The position numbers and the translations under genes were made by a program. From positions 3,658,001 to 3,722,000 of the forward strand of contig JAQFVV010000007.1 in NCBI GenBank assembly GCA_028023455.1: a DNA stretch of 64,000 bases. The letters are read 5' to 3'. Shown in pieces: positions 36,912 to 50,042 of this stretch; position 1 is the first letter of the stretch, and every line of letters begins with the position of its first letter. This stretch comes from Epiperipatus broadwayi. Lineage: Eukaryota > Animalia > Onychophora. The notes below the pieces were generated by a model. That model worked only from the letters and a program-made list of their open reading frames with translations. It was not told where the DNA came from and did no database searches.

Positions 36912-37796
36912 AATATATCATCATTACAAATCTTCAGACAAATACTATTAACTATACCCCTTTGTTTTCTATATGACATTGTAATGTTGTTTCCAATACA
37001 ATATAAAGAGTAATTTCTATTACTATAAGAAGTTTTAAATGAATTAATTTTTTTTTATCAACATAAACTTTATAAATTATTCTATATTTGAAATACTATT
37101 GTACGATAAGCAAATAGTATGAATATATTGACGGACTGATTATTTATATGTCCAAAAATGGTGTGCAGAGTGTAATTTTGCAATATTTACAGATATGAAA
37201 TAAGTAATCAGACACATTTCTTCAAAATGGCCATGAGCACCCTCTAAATCAGTACCCAATATTCTTAGACAAAAACTAACACATGAGAAAAAGGAAATAA
37301 CTCTGCTGATACAAATGAGTCTATAAAAACAGCCAATGATCAGACCATGATAAATTTTGATCTAATTAGACATCCAAATATCAAACACTAATCATATTTT
37401 CTATTTTGTCACAAGTATAATCAATCCTACACATATAAGTTTCACAATATAAATATAGTGAAAAAAAAATAATAATGTAACTTTAGTTTTATTACTATTT
37501 AAACAAAGGTGATTATTATTAAACCACATATTTAAAAGATTTATATCTCTATTGTAATTGATTATTGGTGACAGCAGATTCTACAATAGTCAAATTATCA
37601 GAAAAATTGCAAGAATAAAGGCAAAGAAAAGATAGCTATGTAAATAATAAATAATAGAAGATCCAAAATAAACCCTTAGAAATTCTAGCATTAGTTGTAA
37701 CTGGATTACTAATTAATAAGTCAATAGAAACCGATGAAACTATATTATATATAAATTAGAATATAAGTATAATTTAATATACTTGGAAATTAGATG

Positions 37797-37887
37797 TAAT
37801 TATAGAGGATTTGAACACAGACTTGTATGAGATAAAGTCAATATCTGAAGGATACTTAAAAGTCTGTGTTCAAATCCTCTATAATTA
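37797..37887. repeat. Hairpin with perfect 28-bp stem and 35-nt loop
   Basis: taattatagaggatttgaacacagactt / aagtctgtgttcaaatcctctataatta. Confidence 0.9.
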
Positions 37888-38307
37888 TATATAAAAATTG
37901 AAAATAAATTATTATTCTAAATTCATAATAGGAAAACTCTTTTTAACATTATCTTATAATTTACTGCATCAAGAGTCTTAGAAATATCAATATATACCAA
38001 AGAATCTTTAAGCTCTTCTCCAATGACTGACTAATATTGCTAACATGATCACTATTTGGTACAAAACCAAACAAATTTTGATAAATTATTAATTTTGATC
38101 AAAAATGATATTCTTTGATCACATTACTGATTCAAGCATTTTTGAAGATAAAGACAAAATATTGGTCTGTAATTTTCACTACTACTAGAGTCTCTTTTTT
38201 TGAGAATGTAATGAAAAACTAAACAAAAATACCAATACAAAAATTAATATCTTCAGAAATATTACCAAAATCATCTTTTCCTTTATTTTTTCTATATGTT
38301 ATATAAA

Positions 38308-38879
38308 TCCAATTTATCCAAATCACTTCAAACACTTTTTAGCAAAAACCTTTTATTGTACATATATACATATACACCTATATTTCGACTGTGTTGAAAT
38401 GACAATTATATGAATATAAAATTAAATGTTTTATTGAGGTGGAGATAATAAAAATAAGGTTTAAGTTTATAAGGAATAGAAGTAATTAAGAGATTATGAG
38501 AAATAATAAAAATGAATAACATATTTAGATTAATAGTTGTTTTTGAATATGTATGTAGTTAGGAATACAATGTATAATTTATATTTTGTTTATATTGTAT
38601 ATTTTATTTTATATTAACTGGATTATTTTATTTGTATTTAATTATATTTACTTCAGTTTTATTAGGTTTTGTTATATATTTTATGTTGTTTTTAGTTTTT
38701 TATTGTTTACATTTTTTAAGGTATTATTATTTATATAGTTATGTGTTTATTTTATTTTGTTCATTATATTATAGCTCTGAAGAAGACTGCAGGGCAGATC
38801 GAAACATAGGTGTATGTGTATATATGTACAATAAAAGATTTCTTCTAAAAAGTGCTCGAAGTGATTTAGATAAATTGGA
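38308..38879 (+). repeat. Inverted repeat with hammerhead-like motif (PLE pseudo-LTR type)
   Basis: Arms 38308-38388 and 38799-38879. ctgaaga agactgc agg gcagatc gaaac at 38777-38805. Confidence 0.72.
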
Positions 38880-39502
38880 ATTAATATCTCTTTATTCTCT
38901 TTCAACATTTGATTATCAATTCTATGAATACCATCTGATTTAATGATTTTCAAATTCTTTATGGACAAATTTACTTCTGAATCTGTAATATTTAATCATA
39001 AGAATGATGGGCTAATATTTGTACTAATTTCTGCATTAGCATAAGATAAACATATTTATTAAATGGATTAACAACTTTAAATCCATTTTCATTTATATCT
39101 ACCAACTTTAATCAAATCATTTATGACTTTCTTTTTATAATAACACTAGTAGTCTATGGACTGTATTTTTATTGTAGGCTTCAAACAGCTAAATTTCTTT
39201 ACTTGGCTTTAAAAAACTTACTTATTTAATGCTTATGAAAGGAAAAAATGTTTTCAATTTAATTTATAAAAGTTTGCCAATGTAAATTTTTTTTTAAAAA
39301 AATCACTTTATGTAAAGTTATCTGTGACAGTTTCCTTACTATTAAGTTTTTCTTGTGTGGTAGTATTTTTCATTTCAATTTTAAAAAAAAAATTGAGTTA
39401 TATGTTCTGTAACACTCCATATGAAAAGCAAGGAAAATCCTAAGCTATTTGTAAAGTAACTGTTATTTCAATCTATGCAACAAATAATGTGCTTTATTTA
39501 CT

Positions 39503-40036
39503 ACTAGCTGCACCTGGCCACATGTTGCTGTGGCTCAGTCTGGATAAATGGAAAAGAAAGAAAAGAGAAAGCGCATGTTTCTAATATGTTTAATTTCAAA
39601 ATGCTTGTAGGTATACAATATTTTTTGTTGTTCCATTGTCTGTGCAGATATAGAGATTGTCTGGTTTGCTGACTCTAGAACATGCAACATATAATTGTCC
39701 ATGTGAGAAGCAATCAGATTGGCTCTGAGCTTAGTTGATAGTGATTGCAAAGGCCAATCGAACTGGGAATTGCAATCTCTTAAATTTAAATGGCACATCC
39801 GTTGGAATCATAATTTAAAAAAATGAAATGAAAAACAATGAAAAAAATAAACTATACTTACAAAATTACCTGTCACAGGTGTGACATCTACATAATAGTG
39901 AGTATATAAATAATAGGCATATAAAAGCATGTGCGTATTCGAATGCAATCTTGTGTCAAACTTTCAAAGCAATTGGTGAGGAACTTTTGGAGATTTAAGA
40001 TTTTGAACAAACGAACATTTACATTTTTATTTATAC
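39503..40036 (+). mobile_element. Helitron/Helentron-type non-autonomous element (DINE-1/HINE-like)
   Basis: 5' actagctgcacctggccacatgttgctgtggct and 3' tttcaaagcaattggtgaggaacttttggagatt...gaacaaacgaacatttacatttttatttata resemble common arthropod elements of this type. Recognised from memory, not searched. Confidence 0.55.
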
Positions 40037-41462
40037 ACAACTTTTTGAATTAACACATGATACAAAAATGCATTTTAAATTTAAATTGAGTACTGATTTT
40101 AAAATGGCACCTGCAGTAGATAAATGACATTTAGGATTTATATTTCAGTCCATGTAATTATTTGAATTAATGTGTGATACAAAATATTTTTCTACTTCAA
40201 ATTATCTTCATGATCTATATGTTGCAAATTACAAAATAGTAAAAACTGATACAAGTCAAAGATTGCTACTTCTTGAATTTGTTGGTTTTAAACATCTTCA
40301 TATTTATTTAAGACCATATGACTAGCATTGATATTTTAGAGCCCTTGCCCAGAGGTTTATGGAGAAATTCTTGTAAAATAGATTATAGATATTTATTTGA
40401 TGAAATTTTGCAATAATAATTATGTTTTGCATTATGCAATTTAACACAAACACTTTTAAAGAGCAATTTTTCTTGTAAATCATTTTTTAATTTATTTTTC
40501 TAACAATGTTATCTGTTATCCAAAAGATCTACATTAATATTTACATTTCAACTCATGATATAAGAAATAGTATATATTAATAATTTCAAAGTATTTTCAA
40601 ATGCATTAAAAACTTTATTTACTGTATACTGCAAGCATATTTTATCTCAAGATTGATTAATAAGAATGTAATTAAAACAGGGAAAACTCACTATATGTAT
40701 TACCACTCGGAAATGGTGATCATATAATAAGAATGTAATGTAATTTTACATAGGAAATACTGCTATTGTTATTATTCATCTTTATGCCCCTGAAAAGAAA
40801 TATTAACTGCTAAATAGTCAGTTATAAATAATATCTTAATCAGAATATCAATGTCTAAACAACCAACATGATCATGCAAGGAACTACTATGCAAAGGTTT
40901 AGTAGATAACGAACCAAAACTATAAAACATATTTAAATAATTAATATATGTACAGTAATATTAATATCATCTATTACCATAATAAATTTAGAATAAATAA
41001 TTTTTAAAACATTTTCCTACTCCTGATTAAAAAGATGAATAGAAAAATTATATATCAATAGAATGTTAGTAATAAAATATCATAAATCTTAATTTTAATA
41101 ATTAGAGCTTCAGCAGCGAATCAATGAATACATTTAATTTAATAATAATAATCACATTTCTAGATTTATTCCTACCTTAGGAGACACATATTCCATAACT
41201 ATTAGTCTTATATATTTTAGTTTCAGTCAATGATATCCAAATTAGGGTAAGAATAATATCATAATTAATGCAATTATTATTGGAAAATAGAAATAATTCT
41301 TGTTTCTGTGCACTTTTAATATTAATCATAAAAATATGTACATTATCTAATTTTATTTTTGAATATCTCTATCATATAGACTTTAGATCTATTTGATTTG
41401 CTATTAGCTGATGCATAAATATCTTTTTTCACATGTATTAAATCATGTTTAACATAAGCTAT

Positions 41463-41771
41463 TCATGGAACAAACAAGTACAAATATATTATTAAGAAAA
41501 TTTACAAGCTAGATTCCCAAGCAACCACTTTAAATACATTACAAAGTAATTCACAAACTAGATTTCCAAAGAGTCATTTAAATGAATTTGCAAACAACAC
41601 TCACTTTTTTAAACACCAATACCATCATCTTTTATCTGACAAAATAGATTATCATTGATATAACAAAAGAACAAAAGAGAAAGTGTCATTTGCAATTTCA
41701 TTTAAATGATTTTACTGGAATCTAGTTTTTAAATCACCATGGCAACATATTCAGATTTGTTTGTTCCATGA
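41463..41771. repeat. Highly degenerate fold-back
   Basis: Perfect 15-bp ends tcatggaacaaacaa / ttgtttgttccatga, plus the inner match tcatttaaatgaatttgcaaa / tttgcaatttcatttaaatga. Confidence 0.6.
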
Positions 41772-42461
41772 AGAGATTTATATTTTCAGGGTTACATATT
41801 TGATAAAGTATAAATTATTTATGTACTCATTAAAAATCAAGTTATATCACCAACTCATTTATCTTTCTGATGTGATGGCCAAAATAAATGCTTTGCTTGT
41901 ACATAAAGACATTTATTAATATAAATTCCAGATTAATTAACATTAGTAGCAATATAAGATACCTACTACTTTGCATATCACTTATATAAAAAAAAATTTT
42001 TTTTTCTGATTTACGTAATTTATATCTAGAAATAACTAAAACCCCTTTCCATCTTATTTTAATTGAATACAATATATCATATTCAAATCTCTTAAAATAC
42101 TTTTTCTGTCTAAAAAACTTGTGATATTTTACAAAATAGTTCTAGTAAATTTTATTAGGCTTTTTATGAACTCCTTATATATCAATTTCCATAATTATTG
42201 TCTTTCCAAAAAGACCACCTTTTCCCAAAGTCTGTGTAACAATTGTTTGTGTATTAGAGCAAAATCTTCATCTAATAACTTTCTTCTACTATCTACCATT
42301 GTTTTCTTTGTAGTTTTTAATTCTGATTGTAATTTACTAATTATACCATTATATCATTAAGTGTATTCTATATTCCAGGGATAAGGTCCATTTTTTTTAG
42401 AAATTTTATCTATTACAGCTGCATTAAATGGATCGACAATCCCAGATAAACAACAATCTTT

Positions 42462-42571
42462 CAATCTTCATTCTTGATATCTTTTATCTGACATCCTTTT
42501 GCAGGTAGCTTCTCCAATCTTCATTCTTGATATCTTTTAGCTGACATCCTTTTATAAGTAGCTTCTCCAAT
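42462..42571. repeat. 53-bp tandem duplication
   Basis: caatcttcattcttgatatctttta.ctgacatcctttt..a.gtagcttctc occurs twice. Confidence 0.92.
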
Positions 42572-43900
42572 AGAAAAAGACATAAAATAAAATGAAACTT
42601 TACATTCACAACAAGTCAAATTATCATTATCAGGAGTTTTCACAAGATAAGCAAATCATATTATAAATAGTAAAATTATATATATCTACAACAAAGTTTT
42701 ATAGATCCAGTTTTCACAATTTTAAAATTCAACAGAAATCTCTCTCTATATATATAAACAAAACTAACTTTTATTCAAACAATTATATTTTACAGTTTAC
42801 ATGAAAATCCAATAGACAATCATTAACAAAAAAAAAAAAGATAAAATAAAAATGGCATTCAAATGAATATTCCAAAATTATTTCATATTTTAAATAATTT
42901 TGATATTAGCTTACAGTAGATGATAAATTCAAGAAAGTAAGTCGAATCAAATTATAAAATAGAAATTTGCGATCAATTGCTATCATTTTATATATCAGTA
43001 AACAATCTAAAAATTAGAATATTTTAATAAATATCCTCACAAAATATAATGAGCTATTTGCAAATCCTAATAATGTTAATATTCATAATCAGTGTAGTTC
43101 TTAGTAATACAATATTATATCACTGTGCTAGGTCACCTAGTGAGAGGATGAATTATAAGCGATTACTGCATAATTCAGGTTCAGGGGAAATTTTACAGAT
43201 TAAAAATATAACAAATATTATTTCCAATTTGGCAGTTAAAATAATTGGTGTAAAAGCTAAACTACACTTTAAAATTGAGAATTTGGATGATAGCTGACAT
43301 TTTAAAGCCACTGTTTGATAAAGTAATATCCATCCTGCCAATTGGGAAAATAATTATGATGCTACTAATGTAAATGAAGTTAGCTAAAGTATTTAAAGAT
43401 ATAGTAGATTTTATATTAAATAAATAAAAAGTAACATTTACAACTAAAGTATTCTCTTCAATTTTAAAATAATAATTTGCATTAATAAGAGGAAACATCA
43501 ACATAATTTAGAAGTCAGAATGTAGTTATAATAATTTTGTAATTTTTAGAAAAATAATTAAAGTCCAAGCATAAATGCAAGTTAAATAGTATTTTAATCA
43601 TTTGGAAGAAAGAATTTAATCCACTCCCAATTGTTTTTGGTTGAATTAAACAACCAAAAATGAAAACACGATCTGTTTCTGAACCTATTTGATATCTGAT
43701 TTTCAATAGTATTAAAAATGATGCCTAAGGGGTGATGAATAATAAGATGTATGATATGATGATTGAATACTTTATTTGTGTCTATTGTTGCTTATTGAAG
43801 GCTATTAATCTTTTATTTGAATATAAGTTTTTGGTCTGATTCTATATCTTTACAAAACATTACTTTTACACATATTTTCCACTTTAAATCATTAAGTATT

Positions 43901-44020
43901 TGCTAAGCGTTAGTGGTCGAGAGGTAAGCACAGCTGCCTTAAAAGCAGTTGTCTTGGGTTAGCTGGTTCGCTAAGCGGGTTCATTTCTCGTCCAACGCTA
44001 TGACACATGAGAAAAAAAAA
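43901..44020 (+). mobile_element. tRNA-Gly(TCC)-derived retrocopy or SINE with A-tail and 15-bp TSD
   Basis: gcgttagtggt..agaggtaagcacagctgccttaaaagcagttg...ccaacgc aligns with eukaryotic tRNA-Gly(TCC). The anticodon now reads TAA and the T arm has a ~21-nt insertion. aaatcattaagtatt occurs at 43886-43900 and 44018-44032. Confidence 0.8.
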
Positions 44021-45589
44021 TCATTAAGTATTAATATTTTCTGGATAACAATACAGTATATTATTATTAATTATGGATAAAAATTTGTCACTTGTGCGTC
44101 AATGCTTGTAGTCTCATAATTTCTCAAAAGAGTTGTCTCTTTAGTTTTTATTTTCCAGGCTAAGCAATAATGCAGCTTAAGAGCTACCATTCAGGATTAA
44201 AGTTTTTTTTTTTTTTGGTACTATTGATATTATAAAAAATTCTTTAATTGGATATTTGTGGGAAATATTTCTAAAGTAAATCCTGCATAAAAATTTTAAA
44301 TTATGTCATTATTAAATAAAACAAATTCTCATTTTATTTATTTTTATCATGCAATATTTATGCCATTTAGTATAAGCTTTAGTAATCAATAAATGTAGAT
44401 GGTAGGGCTTAATAAATCCCTATTCAGCACTGTTCTATTCACTATCCCCAGGTTATGGATTTCTAGAATGAGAAATTTTGTATCTGGGAGTCATACTTCT
44501 GGATTCGTTACACTTTTCTTTTAGCAAATGTCTTTTGCTTCTCTATTTTACTATCAAGATATTCCAATGGAAAAACATATTAATGTTTTCATTCAAAACC
44601 AACATTACCTGGAAACAGTTCATATTCCTGGTGTTCTTAATTTTTCACAACTATAGATACTTTTATTCAGCCAGGATTAGTGCAACTAAAATGTCATGTG
44701 ATGTTTTGTTGCTATTATGTGATTTATTTTATAGTTATAAGTGTATAAAAGTTAATAATATAATCAGAGACAATTTTTTTAATCTCAATAATTTGTTACT
44801 TCCCTTTATTGATTTATAATTAGTTTCTATAAATACCTAATGGGGCAATTCAGTATGTGTTATCTAAATATTTTTAACAATTTTGAGATATAATTTAATC
44901 TGATATTTAAAAAATTATATTTATATATATGATGAAGTAGAAAAATATAATCAAAACCATTTTAAAGTAGACATAAAATATTGAATAACATTTATACAAT
45001 ATATTGTCATTTCTTGGAGTATAAAAGAGTCAAGCCTTCCTGTGTCAGCTGACAAATATTTTTAGAAGCAGCAATTAATTTTATTTATTCTAATATTTTA
45101 AATATTGTTATCAATGAATTTGTTCCCCCCCCCCTCATTAGTTGAATCATAATATAATGTTAGAGGTGCTTCTTTTAAGGCTGATATTGGGCAATCCCTT
45201 CCAATTTTTAATTTTACCTATAATGATGATAATATCATTACTTCAAAGTCAATTAGTTTTATGGGGATATATATATAATTAACTTTTTCATATTGTTTAT
45301 ATTCATCAGATGACTGTAATGTAAAACGGGTTAAATAATAATAAACTATAGTCTCATATTATCTATCATTCATGATACCTAAATCCTTCTATCATCAATA
45401 ATGATCAAGTCTAATAAATTCCTTTTCATAAATACTTGCATTATCTTATCATTCATGATAATTACATAATGTCATGAGTATATTGTCTTGGTTTCACACC
45501 TATAATGATTTATCATTACTATTGACCTAGCACCACTATTTTTATTTACTAAATATCATAGTTAGTGACAAAATAAATAATCTAATAAT

Positions 45590-47460
45590 AATATCGGATC
45601 TGCGTAAGTTAAAATCTTTAGACAGGATTTTTACAGTCATTAGAAAACAAGACTTGAAAATTAATTATAGACTATTATTTGATCAAGTATCGATATTAAT
45701 GCATAGATATTTACATTTATTGCGCAACAAGATGAATTATTGACAAAAGACTAATACAAAAAATAAAATAGTAACAAACGTTGGCATATTCTGAAAGTTA
45801 TATATATACAGTATATAATTTTAGAATATTAATTTAATAAATATTTTTACCCTCTTTATATTTTTATTTTGTACATAAACTTATCGATTAATTAAATTAT
45901 AAAATAATAATTGATTTTTTTCTTTTAATGAGGTCGCTTAGATCTTACATAATCAAATTTTTAGTAGACCAGTTTCAATACCTGTAAAGGCAAGTACTTT
46001 TTTTAAAACGTCGTTTTAAATTAATTTTAAAAGGAAAATAAAAAATCAAACTGCCTAATTAGATGTTTCCTTTATAGATGAAATAAAACAAGAAAAAAAT
46101 TAAATAAATTTATGATTTCTGTTATTTTTATTTATTCCACTTATGTCATTTGACAAAAATTTGAATAAAGTTTTTTAAAATGATATAATAGAATAAATTT
46201 ACTTTCGCTTTTTACGTAAATTGTTATTTTTTAAATATATAGTTTCAAGTAATTATATTAAAATAAATTGATTTACACCCCCCCCTTCTTTTAATTATAT
46301 ATCATTTTAATACTTATTGACGTTAAGTTATGAGTTATTGAACTGTAAAAGAATCCAAAATTAAATTTTTCTAAAAACTTAATCCAGTTATATTTTGTAT
46401 CAACTTCATTAAATCACTAAATATTTGTGAGCTTATGAGTGTCGTGCGCCTATTCAAAGACAAATTATAATCAAACGATAACAATCAGCAGTGTTGTAGA
46501 TTATTACTACTTGCTACTCTCGGGTCACAATTAACTCTTATCGTTTTAATGTTAAAAGTTGTATCATTCACTTTATTTATATAGTGTAAGACTGGTTTTT
46601 AGACGGTCAAACTATTCACAATATTATAAAGGAATTCTAACCAGGAAATAAATTGGTTATTAACTCTATAATTCTGCTATTGAGTGCAAAAGATTAGATA
46701 ATCTTTAACCACGTGGTTCATTGGTTTGAATTTAATACATCTGTAAAAACCAGAGGCTATTACATTTTATTTCCAAAGCAGATAAGCGTAGTCTTCATAG
46801 ATATTTATTGAACCTATTGATGAGATTCCAAAAATGTCTAGTTACGATCAATATTTACAGAGATAGAAAATTATACTAAGGGAATTGAGTATCCTAGTAA
46901 TATTTCTCATTCTGCATTCATATCAACTCTCTTACGTTGACTAAACATCCTTTCTTATATTCCATCATCAGAGATCATTAGTTATGTTTCTTCACAGAAA
47001 ATTTATAAAAGATATCATTTTTTCTTCAAACAGAGACACACTATTCATCAATAGGATATGCTAAGCATTAAAAAAGCTGATTTTAGAATGTCAAAATTCG
47101 ATATAGTATCAGTCAGTTTTTCAAAAAGCTTGTTACTAAAAATTATCTAAAATTCTAATCTTTAATGAATAAGGAAAACAAGTTAGGCGGTGATTCAATA
47201 CTTTTCATAAGTAGCAAGCATTATAATCCTACATTGTTGTAGAAGGCAATAATTGTTCTTTTTTTTTGTACATTTTAATAATAAAAACCTTAACAATTTT
47301 CAAACTTTCTATTTCTTTATTTTTAGAAATAATCTTTTTGCGAGGTCAAGATATTATTATTATTAGTATAGATTAATTTTCTATATTCTGTTTCAAGAAG
47401 ATCACTGATGAATATAAAATAAAACGAAGCTCTGAAAAAGACCAGTCTGTAAAATTATAT
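45590..47460. promoter_or_regulatory. Second CpG-retaining region, putative promoter
   Basis: Visible cluster of CpGs (gtgtcgtgcgcc, aaacgtcg, ctcggg, cacgtg and others) in otherwise CpG-poor DNA. Confidence 0.4.
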
Positions 47461-49536
47461 ATTTGGTACGATTATCAATCAGTAGAATTTCAATTCTTTT
47501 AATGGCGATATTTTGTTAAGTAAAGAAACATACTTCTTACTTTTAAGAAAGTGTACTCCTCATTAGAAGATTATTTACAAAGAAAGCTGGAAGTTAAGGT
47601 TGGATCAACAATATATTAATTTTTCTTTATTTTGAATCCTTTATTTCATGTGAATAGTTAAAGATGAATCTTATTCACTAAAGACTTTTCTACTCTAGAC
47701 CCAACCTGTTCTAAAGAATGATGGCTTTCAGCTATTGGCATTCTTCTTGTTAAGATTATTCTTTCAAATAATTTATTAAGAAGACATAATAATGATATTT
47801 GTCAATAACTTTTGAATCATTGTTATATTTATTACATTTTAAGACTGCTAGAGTTTTGCTTTCATGCCACATTTTGGGAATAGTTTTTGAATGAACAATG
47901 TAAAGATTAATTTAGCTAATCAGGCTTTGACTTAAGATTACAAATTTTTAGAAAATCTGAACATACCTTGTCTGCCTCTGTAGACTCTTCTATTCAAAGA
48001 CAATCACTGCCTGAGTTTGGTGAGTATTTCATATCTACAAAAATGGCTTCCATTTAATAATTACATCTTTTTTATATAACATTATTGTTTATAATATTTT
48101 ATCAATTTTATGAAATTTTTTTTCAAAACAAAATGTTATCAAGTATTTATATATTCTTAGCTATGACTAAATGTCATATAACGGTGTGCTCCATAGCATT
48201 TTTTTTCACCAACATCTTCTTGTCTCATGGAAGCAATTAATTGAATCAAATCTGTACAATATTAAAAACTTATGCTATTGTTGGCCATCATGATGTGACA
48301 GTAATTCAAAAATATTGGTAATAGTTATATATATATATATATTGGTAATAGTTTGTGGGTTTTTTTCCTCTTATGGAAGCAAATATTAAATTATAACCTA
48401 AAATTATTACAGTATAAAGTTATGCTGCCAGTGATAGGAACCAGAAATATTTGTTACAGTGTATGTAACATCTTTTCTTGGATCATGAATAACTTATTTA
48501 TTACAATAGGATAAATTTATTATTATCATTTAGGCACTAATAAAAATATTTTGCTTTTTATTTCCCCTTGTATATATTTTTATTATGTATAAAAAGAGAA
48601 TGATTGTAATGTCAAAATGAATAAATTATTAATAAAAATTGCATAGTTTATTTTTATTAACAAAATCATCTGAATCTTGAAGTTATATCAGTAAATACAA
48701 ACAGGGAAACCAAAATTAGAAATGATAAATTTAAATATGAAAATTAAAATCTGAATATAATTATCATTTCTATACTGACTGGGTTTAATGATTTAAATAA
48801 TTTTTTTAAAGCTCAAAAAACATAGAACAACCCCCTAAAAGCAATGCTTTCATTTCAAATGGCATTTTGATTTCCAAGAAACAATTTTATCTTCTCTCTG
48901 CGGTTCACTCATTTGTAAGTTTATCAATATTTATTAATTATATTAAACTGAGATTAGAACACTGTGGAAGAGAAACTTGTTATTCTGCTCAATTGATGTT
49001 TTTTTCTAGTTTTGCCAATTTTGGGGTTGTCTTTAGTGTTTTCAAGGAACAAATCCTTTTTCAATATTTCTTTAAAGATATCAAGTATACTAAACTCCAG
49101 TCAGCTTTTGAAAATTTTATTTCATGATCAAAATATCTTTCATCTACAGGAAATGTAACTTTCAAGAATATAAAAGACTTGTTTTATATTGACTATGAGA
49201 AAATAGATACAATATTAGTAGATTAGCAGACAATAACAAATCATGGCCGGTTTTCATGCTCATCTGTCTAAATTAAATGTTTTTCTTTTTTGGCATCATA
49301 TAATGTGCACATATTATTTTAAACTATCCATTCTATAAATTAAAAACTCACTTGATACTAAGCTACTAAAAAAAATTGAAATCTTTGAATATAAAGAAAT
49401 CTGTAAGAAAAAGGTAGAACCATTTTGCATTGAAAGATTATGTAAAAAAATCATTTATCTGAATGGTATATTGCTATTTCATTTGAACAATCATCAATAC
49501 TGACTACATGCTTTTTAGATGATTTGAAAATAAATG

Positions 49537-50042
49537 TATCCATACCATATATAATCCTTCTAAAAACTTTTCTTCTTCCTTTCCTTTATTTCTGCTATCT
49601 TCATATACAATATTGCAATTCAAATAATTCTTCTTACATTTTTTTCAGCAAAAACTTATTATTATTACAGTTTCGATTATACCTTGCTGTCTTCATCAGA
49701 TCTACATAATTCACGTACACATAACAATACAACCATTACATAATACATTTCATATTTTATAAAAATTAATAATTAAAAATTAGAAAAGTGATTGTATATA
49801 AGAGATATAATATACATTAAAGAATTTTAAGAAGTTAATAGAAAATTAATAATTTTGAGAATTGATAAATTTGTATAAAACATGAAATGTATTATGCAAT
49901 GGTTGTATTGTTATGAGTATTTGAATTTTGTAGATTTGATGAAGACTGCAAGGTACAGTTGAAACTGTAATAATAATAATAATAAAATTTTGCTGAAAAA
50001 AGTGTAAGAAGAATTATTTGAATTGTAATATCCATACCATAT
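49537..50042. mobile_element. Palindromic PLE-type insertion with a hammerhead-like motif in each arm and a 14-bp TSD
   Basis: Arms 49611-49774 and 49860-50030. Motifs at 49670-49699 (minus: ctgatga agacagc aagg tataatc gaaac) and 49936-49965 (plus). tatccataccatat at 49537-49550 and 50029-50042. Confidence 0.82.
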
